A DNA stretch of 53,235 bases. Source: a virus (lineage: Duplodnaviria; Caudoviricetes). Under the pieces are notes generated by a model. It saw only the letters and a list, made by a program, of their open reading frames with translations, was not told the DNA's origin and ran no database searches. Positions 48,177 through 53,235 of the stretch are shown here, piece by piece (position 1 is the first letter of the stretch; each line of letters begins with the position of its first letter). The position numbers were made by a program, and so were the translations under genes. The stretch lies in IMG/VR virus record IMGVR_UViG_3300025083_000044, positions 1 through 53,235 of that record. One strand, given 5' to 3'.

Positions 48177-48318
48177 CGTTTGTAAATAAGGTTTCTTCAG
48201 TATTTCTCCAAATATCAATAAATTCTGGAGCCGCGCCTGAGTGCTCTACATATATAGTTATATCTCCTACCTTTATATACGCAGAAACTTCAGACCTTTG
48301 ATCTATCTCAATACTCAT
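48169..48318 (-). CDS. 49-aa hypothetical protein (not in ORF track)
   Basis: MSIEIDQRSEVSAYIKVGDITIYVEHS...; AGGAGG RBS. Confidence 0.6.
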   Translation of the reverse strand: MSIEIDQRSEVSAYIKVGDITIYVEHSGAAPEFIDIWRNTEETLFTNDA

Positions 48319-48506
48319 TTGGATGCCTCCTTATAAGCATGCTCAAATAAAGCTGGGTGATGTTGGCGAATGTACTCAACAAACTTGCTCAACCTTTCGG
48401 TTGATTGCATGTCTTCTTCTACATCCGAAGTATGTTTGGGAGCTGGTAATCCTGGTTGTAAAGCTTTCATACCTTCCCTTATAAAATCTATTTCTGTCAT
48501 TGACAT
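48315..48506 (-). CDS. hypothetical protein (start refined)
   Basis: AGGAG RBS before MSMTEIDF. Confidence 0.65.
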   Translation of the reverse strand: MSMTEIDFIREGMKALQPGLPAPKHTSDVEEDMQSTERLSKFVEYIRQHHPALFEHAYKEASK

Positions 48507-48551
48507 AATCTTCTCCTGATTAATTATTTCACTAATAGTATAAAATTTAAG

Positions 48552-48579
48552 TTGCTTTGTAAACACCTTTTGATATACT
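48552..48579 (+). promoter_or_regulatory. sigma70-like promoter in divergent region
   Basis: TTGCTT-16-TATACT with TGn extension. Confidence 0.55.
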
Positions 48580-48607
48580 AAAGGTATATTTATTTTGGAG
48601 AACATAA

Positions 48608-48826
48608 ATGACGATAGATAAAAGAATGTCAGATTACGTAGACCACACTAGAGATTACTTACAACAATTGGTATGCCAAATCATTAAAGTTTATTTGCAG
48701 TCTGCCAGCGTTGAGATTTCTAACCCAGACGCAACCTTGCAGCAAATAGAAGCTGACAAGGATCGCTTGATCGATATGGTTAATAACTTGGCCGAGGTCG
48801 AAAAGAGAAAGATTAAGACGCATTAA
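48608..48826 (+). CDS. hypothetical protein
   Basis: GGAG RBS; first gene after promoter. Confidence 0.7.
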   Translation: MTIDKRMSDYVDHTRDYLQQLVCQIIKVYLQSASVEISNPDATLQQIEADKDRLIDMVNNLAEVEKRKIKTH

Positions 48827-48827
48827 C

Positions 48828-49082
48828 ATGGTTGAATATCAAGGCAAAAAAGTTACAGTTAGAACTAAAGTCAAACATGAATTGTCTGATGTGGTTATTG
48901 CTTGGGTCAATCAGGTTGTCAAAAATCCAGAGGATGTCATTGTTGATTGGAGTCAGATGACAACAAAGGAACAAGAAGAGTTTGAAAGACAGGCTTTCTT
49001 GTTAGAGGGTAAACTCCACAAAGTTATCGGCGTGGCGTTTGCAGAAATAATTAGTAGTAGCAACTACACTAAAAAGATATAG
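48828..49082 (+). CDS. hypothetical protein
   Basis: packed ORF in operon. Confidence 0.65.
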   Translation: MVEYQGKKVTVRTKVKHELSDVVIAWVNQVVKNPEDVIVDWSQMTTKEQEEFERQAFLLEGKLHKVIGVAFAEIISSSNYTKKI

Positions 49083-49090
49083 GAGGAGAT

Positions 49091-49279
49091 ATGAGTAAGA
49101 CAGGAGATTTACTTATCGACATTCAAGCAGATGCTCAGATAGTCGTAGGTGATTGCGAAAACTTTCAAGAGTTTTGCGATCGCATGTATGACATCAATTA
49201 TCTGTATTCGCCAGGAATGATACAGCAGACTTGGAATGATTATAAAGAAGAATGCCGTTGGAAGTACGGCGAAGGCTAA
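49091..49279 (+). CDS. hypothetical protein
   Basis: AGGAGG RBS. Confidence 0.7.
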   Translation: MSKTGDLLIDIQADAQIVVGDCENFQEFCDRMYDINYLYSPGMIQQTWNDYKEECRWKYGEG

Positions 49280-49324
49280 TCGCGAACAGGCAATCATTCG
49301 GCTTGTATAAACAATAGAAGTGCA

Positions 49325-49402
49325 GTTGCGACGAGGTTTATTCATCCTCGTCTCCAGAGACTTTGAGGTGTAGTCTTGCAACGATACACACCTCACCTTT
49401 TA
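49325..49402 (+). ncRNA. candidate three-way junction + pseudoknot RNA (PK-C) in methyltransferase leader
   Basis: GTTGC/GCAAC, GACGAGG/CCTCGTC, GAGACT/AGTCTT, loop TGAGGTGT pairs with ACACCTCA. Confidence 0.55.
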
Positions 49403-49413
49403 GGAGAAAAAAT

Positions 49414-50469
49414 ATGAATGTATTAAGTTTGTTTGACGGAATGAGTTGCGGAATGATCGCTTTAGATCGGCTGGGCATTAAAGTTGATAAGTATTACGCA
49501 AGCGAAATAGACAAATACGCCATTCAAGTCAGTCAAAACAATTACCCAGAGATTATTCAAATCGGAGATGTTTGCGACATTAGGGCTGAAGATTACCAAA
49601 ACATAGATTTAATATTATCTGGCTCGCCTTGTCAGGGTTTTAGTTTTGCGGGCAAGCAGCTTGCCTTTGACGATCCAAGATCCGCTTTGTTTTTTGAATT
49701 TATTAGGTTGTTAAAAGAAATTAAACCTAAATATTTCTTATTAGAGAATGTCAATATGAAAAAAGAGTTCTTAGATGTCATTTCAGAGCAAGTATCGTCC
49801 TGTTATCCCGAACTTCCTTTCGGTATTGAAAGAATCAAGATCAATTCAGCTCTTGTTTCAGCTCAAAACAGAGTGCGTTGGTATTGGACAAACATACCAG
49901 ACATTACCCAACCCGAACAAAGGGGGATTGTTTTGCGGGATATATTAGAAACAAATTCGTTTGAAAACTCAGCAGAAACCCACGATACCCCCAAACAAAT
50001 AGCAACGGCTATAGATGTAAACGGACACGATATTTTAAAAAGAGTTTATTCAGAAGATGGTAAGTCTCCTGTTGTTACTACTTGCGGGGGCGGTAATACT
50101 GAACCAAAAGTGGTTGTTCAATCGTATCGAGAAGTAAGAACGGAAGAAGCAAAACGATTAAGACGAGAAAGCAAACAAAAGACAGGCAAAGATCATACGC
50201 CTTTTCGAGCCAAGAAGATTGTACCCAGAGAAGATGGTAAGGTCGGAACAGTTACGCCTGGTTTAAATAACGATCACATGATTAGCCTTACTAGAGATAA
50301 AGATCAGGATGTTTATTGGCGAAAGATTACTCCGATTGAAGCGGAGAGGTTGCAAACAGTTCCAGATAACTACACCGATTGCGTTTCAACAACGCAGAGA
50401 CTCAAATGTTTAGGGAATGGTTGGACGATTGAAGTGATTACGCACATCTTAAAAAATATGGATGTTTGA
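49414..50469 (+). CDS. C5 cytosine DNA methyltransferase (start refined to ATG 49414)
   Basis: motif I VLSLFDG, motif IV GSPCQGFS, motif VI LLENV, motif VIII QNRVR, motif X LGNGW. Confidence 0.92.
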   Translation: MNVLSLFDGMSCGMIALDRLGIKVDKYYASEIDKYAIQVSQNNYPEIIQIGDVCDIRAEDYQNIDLILSGSPCQGFSFAGKQLAFDDPRSALFFEFIRLLKEIKPKYFLLENVNMKKEFLDVISEQVSSCYPELPFGIERIKINSALVSAQNRVRWYWTNIPDITQPEQRGIVLRDILETNSFENSAETHDTPKQIATAIDVNGHDILKRVYSEDGKSPVVTTCGGGNTEPKVVVQSYREVRTEEAKRLRRESKQKTGKDHTPFRAKKIVPREDGKVGTVTPGLNNDHMISLTRDKDQDVYWRKITPIEAERLQTVPDNYTDCVSTTQRLKCLGNGWTIEVITHILKNMDV

Positions 50470-50500
50470 TTGCTGCGACACTATCCTTTAAACTATTTGA

Positions 50501-50776
50501 ATGAAGATAATTAAAATGGAGAAGGGCCCACCCACAATCGAAGAAGGTCGACGCAGACTCGATACACTCTTTGAAGATTTTATTTCCAGAGGAGCTGACG
50601 CAGAATTTGTTGCCTTACTTATCTTTACTTACGGCGTAACCGAAACTCTGAATTACGCGCAATCGGTCGAAGAAGGCGTTAGAAAGATCGACGATATTCT
50701 AAATGCAGAGTTTGGAATGGAGAAAGAAATCGTCTTTACTCCCGAGTTCTTAACAGAAGAAAAAGATCCCGAATAG
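50501..50776 (+). CDS. hypothetical protein
   Basis: 91-aa ORF preceded by TTGATT-17-TAAACT. Confidence 0.7.
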   Translation: MKIIKMEKGPPTIEEGRRRLDTLFEDFISRGADAEFVALLIFTYGVTETLNYAQSVEEGVRKIDDILNAEFGMEKEIVFTPEFLTEEKDPE

Positions 50777-51106
50777 TTTTGTCATAAAACTTTGACAAAA
50801 GTACCCCCTTTTGGGTCGATTTTGGCTGGAATTGGCTTAGTTTTGTCAGAGTGTCAGAAGTCTCTGACAGCTGGAAAGGTGATAGTAGTAGGGTTTAGGC
50901 GTTTTGTCATATTGTCAAGACACCCCTTAAATAACCCTTATATTTACCTCATAATCGTAAAATAAAGGGGGGAGTAAAGAAAAGTATGACAAAAGTATAT
51001 ATATAGGTATAAATATAATAAAATATATATAATTATTTACTGTATTAGTAGTACTTTGAGAGGTATTGATAGTTTTGTCAGAGTTTTGTCAAGAGCTCTG
51101 ACAAAA
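50777..51106. repeat. iteron-like TTTTGTCA repeats around an AT-rich tract (candidate replication origin)
   Basis: 8 exact copies in both orientations plus partial TGTCA copies; AT-rich tract about 50996-51045. Confidence 0.75.
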
Positions 51107-51118
51107 GTAGGAGAAGAT

Positions 51119-51274
51119 GTGTATAAATTAGTAAAGAAATGTCGGGAAGTTTTACCGCCAGAAGTTATAGATTTGCTAGAAAGACCAGATGTAGTAGAAT
51201 TAGTTAGGTATTTTAACGGACGATTAATCAGTTATAAGGTAGCAGATGAGCAAAAACCCAGAAAGGAGACTTAG
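51119..51274 (+). CDS. hypothetical protein (start refined to GTG 51119)
   Basis: AGGAG RBS at 51109; overlaps terS start. Confidence 0.55.
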   Translation: MYKLVKKCREVLPPEVIDLLERPDVVELVRYFNGRLISYKVADEQKPRKET

Positions 51275-51911
51275 AAAAGGTATTAAGGTTGAGCCTACAC
51301 TTGAAGATGTAGATGATATGCCTATTGAATACGCCAACTTGCATGAAAAAAATCTAACTAAGCGACAGCGTTTGTTAGTTTGGAATGCAGTTAACGATCC
51401 CACGCTTTCATTTACGGAAGCTGCAAAGAAGGCAGGGTTTAAAAATCCAATAGTTGTTAGTCGGTACATGACTCCTGACGGAAAATATGCTCACGTACGT
51501 CGGGAATATGAAAGACTGATGATCGAGGCCAAGAAGAAGTTTGAACTGACACATGAGAAAGCTGTTGAAGATTTGTATAAATTAAGAGATGACGCCTGGG
51601 CGCAGGGAAATTTTACGGCCGCCATTAACGCTCAGAACTTACTTTTGAAAGTCGGGGGTTTAATCGTTGATCGTCGGGAAGTCTTGCATGGGAAAGTAGA
51701 TCAAATGAGTCGGGGAGAAGTTGAAAGACGTCTGGCTGATTTATTAGGCAAACAAGCTATTGAGCATAAGTCGGGAATTGAGATCGAGGACAAGTCGGGA
51801 TCTGAAGAAGTCGGGGAAATTGTCGGGGAAGAACCCATTGAAGATAAAGGGCCAGAAAAAAAACAAGTTAGACCTATCCCTAAAGCAGCCGAAGAAGAAG
51901 ACGAGGATTAG
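51246..51911 (+). CDS. terS: terminase small subunit
   Basis: LTKRQR...TEAAKKAGF HTH; LRDDAWAQGNFTAAINAQNLLLKVGGLIVDRREV. Confidence 0.75.
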   Translation: MSKNPERRLRKGIKVEPTLEDVDDMPIEYANLHEKNLTKRQRLLVWNAVNDPTLSFTEAAKKAGFKNPIVVSRYMTPDGKYAHVRREYERLMIEAKKKFELTHEKAVEDLYKLRDDAWAQGNFTAAINAQNLLLKVGGLIVDRREVLHGKVDQMSRGEVERRLADLLGKQAIEHKSGIEIEDKSGSEEVGEIVGEEPIEDKGPEKKQVRPIPKAAEEEDED

Positions 51912-52099
51912 GCCTCATCTTCGGTTTCCATTAGCCAATCTTTGCAACATCTTTGACTCATATAATAATATGCAGAACGATCGCCGAAACGATATTCTGT
52001 AAGCATTTCTTTAGCGTATTTTCGTCCTTCTGTAAATTCATCAACTGTTTCAAAATTGCCATAACAATCTTCTCTATTTATATAAATAGTTTTACTCAT
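51908..52099 (-). CDS. hypothetical protein (start refined)
   Basis: AAGGAG RBS before MSKTIYINRE; ETVDEF motif. Confidence 0.65.
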   Translation of the reverse strand: MSKTIYINREDCYGNFETVDEFTEGRKYAKEMLTEYRFGDRSAYYYMSQRCCKDWLMETEDEA

Positions 52100-52397
52100 C
52101 TTCGTTCTCCTTAATTTCATTGACTTCAACAATTTCTTCATCTTCATAACCATAATCAAGTCCGTTGCCTGTTAAGACTTCTTTGTTAGGATCGTAGTTT
52201 TTCTCCTCAACTAAATCAAAAGCCTGTTCTTCGGTTTCAGCTTGAACAGTTATTTCTGAATAGCCTGTCCACTTCGTAATTACTTTAAATGATTTCATTT
52301 GGTCGGGGGCAGCTAACTTAGTTTTTAGCACTTGTCTAAATTCTTCGCTAGTTCCCTCAAACCTTTCGTTGCCGAAATTAGTTATTATCTTGGCCAT
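52092..52397 (-). CDS. hypothetical protein
   Basis: GGGGGTG RBS; ITVQAETEEQAFD motif. Confidence 0.7.
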   Translation of the reverse strand: MAKIITNFGNERFEGTSEEFRQVLKTKLAAPDQMKSFKVITKWTGYSEITVQAETEEQAFDLVEEKNYDPNKEVLTGNGLDYGYEDEEIVEVNEIKENEDE

Positions 52398-52542
52398 TAT
52401 TCACCCCCTTTTTAAAAAATTGACCTTCTGAGATGCTCTCTAAGGCGTTTTGTTTACCCAACCCAAGCCTTACCCTTAACGAAGTTAAGCCATTTGTCGG
52501 GATTTTTATTAGTTTCAGGTTTTGATTTTTATTCATTTTCAA
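52378..52542 (-). CDS. hypothetical protein (start uncertain)
   Basis: fills gap between coupled minus-strand ORFs. Confidence 0.45.
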   Translation of the reverse strand: MKMNKNQNLKLIKIPTNGLTSLRVRLGLGKQNALESISEGQFFKKGVNNGQDNN

Positions 52543-52741
52543 CCCCAATAACATTAATAATATCGTAAGGAATATCATCTATTGATGTAGACCTTATAAA
52601 ATTTGCATCAACCTCTACGAGATCAAATTCGTTTGCCCATTTATGTTCAAGGCCAACTAACTCTTTTTCGTTTGGGGCAGTTCTTGTTAAGATAACATCT
52701 ACTCCATATTTGGTTGCAACTGTAGTAATACAGATATTCAT
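52529..52741 (-). CDS. hypothetical protein
   Basis: AGGAG RBS, ATGA coupling. Confidence 0.65.
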   Translation of the reverse strand: MNICITTVATKYGVDVILTRTAPNEKELVGLEHKWANEFDLVEVDANFIRSTSIDDIPYDIINVIGVENE

Positions 52742-53235
52742 TTTTCTTCTCCTTTGTTTTGGGTAATATAATCACCCCATTGTTTTGCCATAGCTTTAGC
52801 AATTCCTTGATAAAACAGACTCCTTTCTTTACCTTTGCCACTTCCTAACCACCAAATTCTATTTTTTTCTTTGGGGTGTAATTGATCTGTTTCTGCTTTC
52901 ACATTATCAGTTTCAATTAGCTTGGGTAAATCTTTTAACCATAAGCAAGTTCTTTTGTATTCTTTATGACCGAATTGATATGGGTTAATCATTTGGTCGG
53001 ATTTTCTTATATAAGATGAGATGACACTTACGGGATTTTCTATTGCGATATGTTTTATATCAGCGTCCATAAGTTTTTGAACAAAAGCTATTGCGTCATC
53101 TCGTAAGTGCATTGGCTTTTTGCCCTCAGTAAACCACCTTGCGCCACTTACTGATAAATGGGTACAAGGTGGGTGAGCAATCATTAAATCCCAATTCTGA
53201 TTTAGGATTTCCATAACATCTCCTTGATGATGTCG
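52738..53235 (-). CDS. second, short C5-methyltransferase-like protein (5' partial)
   Basis: frame open to window end (RHHQGDV); DLMIAHPPCT, IENP, GIAKAMAKQW. Confidence 0.75.
   Translation of the reverse strand, partial: RHHQGDVMEILNQNWDLMIAHPPCTHLSVSGARWFTEGKKPMHLRDDAIAFVQKLMDADIKHIAIENPVSVISSYIRKSDQMINPYQFGHKEYKRTCLWLKDLPKLIETDNVKAETDQLHPKEKNRIWWLGSGKGKERSLFYQGIAKAMAKQWGDYITQNKGEEK

Noticed and set aside
42671-49402. Pseudoknots as HDV-like/theta, hammerhead or twister ribozymes, or SAM-II/V riboswitches
   Set aside because: No nested P3/P1.1 of HDV, no CUGANGA core, and no SAM-II/V consensus that I could fit by eye; an Infernal scan is still needed.
49363-49413. TTG-initiated extension of the methyltransferase and antisense ORF 49109-49396
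   Set aside because: AGGAG RBS and motif I support ATG 49414; the upstream DNA is better explained as a structured leader.
50777-51106. Repeats as a mini-CRISPR array
   Set aside because: Units are 8 bp, in both orientations and irregularly spaced; no cas genes.
1594-52841. Many short ORFs nested in or antisense to long genes (e.g. 3017-3229, 17599-17853, 28129-28485, 40738-40959, 51760-52002)
   Set aside because: Shadow frames of well-supported genes with no motifs.
1-53235. Terminal redundancy, tRNAs, integrase/att site, alternative genetic code
   Set aside because: Window ends do not overlap; no cloverleaf or recombinase motifs recognised; genes are intact under the standard code using all three stops.

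Overview
AT-rich, near-complete (ends do not overlap; last gene is 5'-truncated) genome of a tailed dsDNA phage whose gene order and capsid protein resemble the HTVC010P/uvMED-type podoviruses of marine Proteobacteria. 1545-37669 (+) is a packaging/morphogenesis arm: large terminase, P22-like portal, GroES, scaffold, major capsid, small basic proteins, adaptors, tail fibres, a module of secreted/membrane proteins, holin and lysozyme, tail nozzle and four internal (ejection) proteins. 37666-50776 is a replication/recombination/modification arm: Hjc-like resolvase, primase-polymerase/helicase, Cro-like HTH, Sak4-like ATPase, SSB, PAPS-reductase-like protein, RecE-like exonuclease, SF2 helicase, HNH nuclease and a C5 DNA methyltransferase. 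It is followed by an iteron-rich candidate origin and a small terminase that sits apart from the large terminase. I recognised no replicative DNA polymerase, integrase, tRNA or CRISPR array. Most notable unexplained signals: (1) intergenic + strand pseudoknot RNAs, two of which share a three-way-junction-plus-pseudoknot architecture with different stem sequences; (2) a separate pseudoknot element downstream of the capsid gene; (3) strand-polarised GTCGGG repeats in terS; (4) a recurrent xxxGG peptide motif in probable capsid-internal proteins. All calls come from reading motifs by eye; no database searches or folding programs were run.
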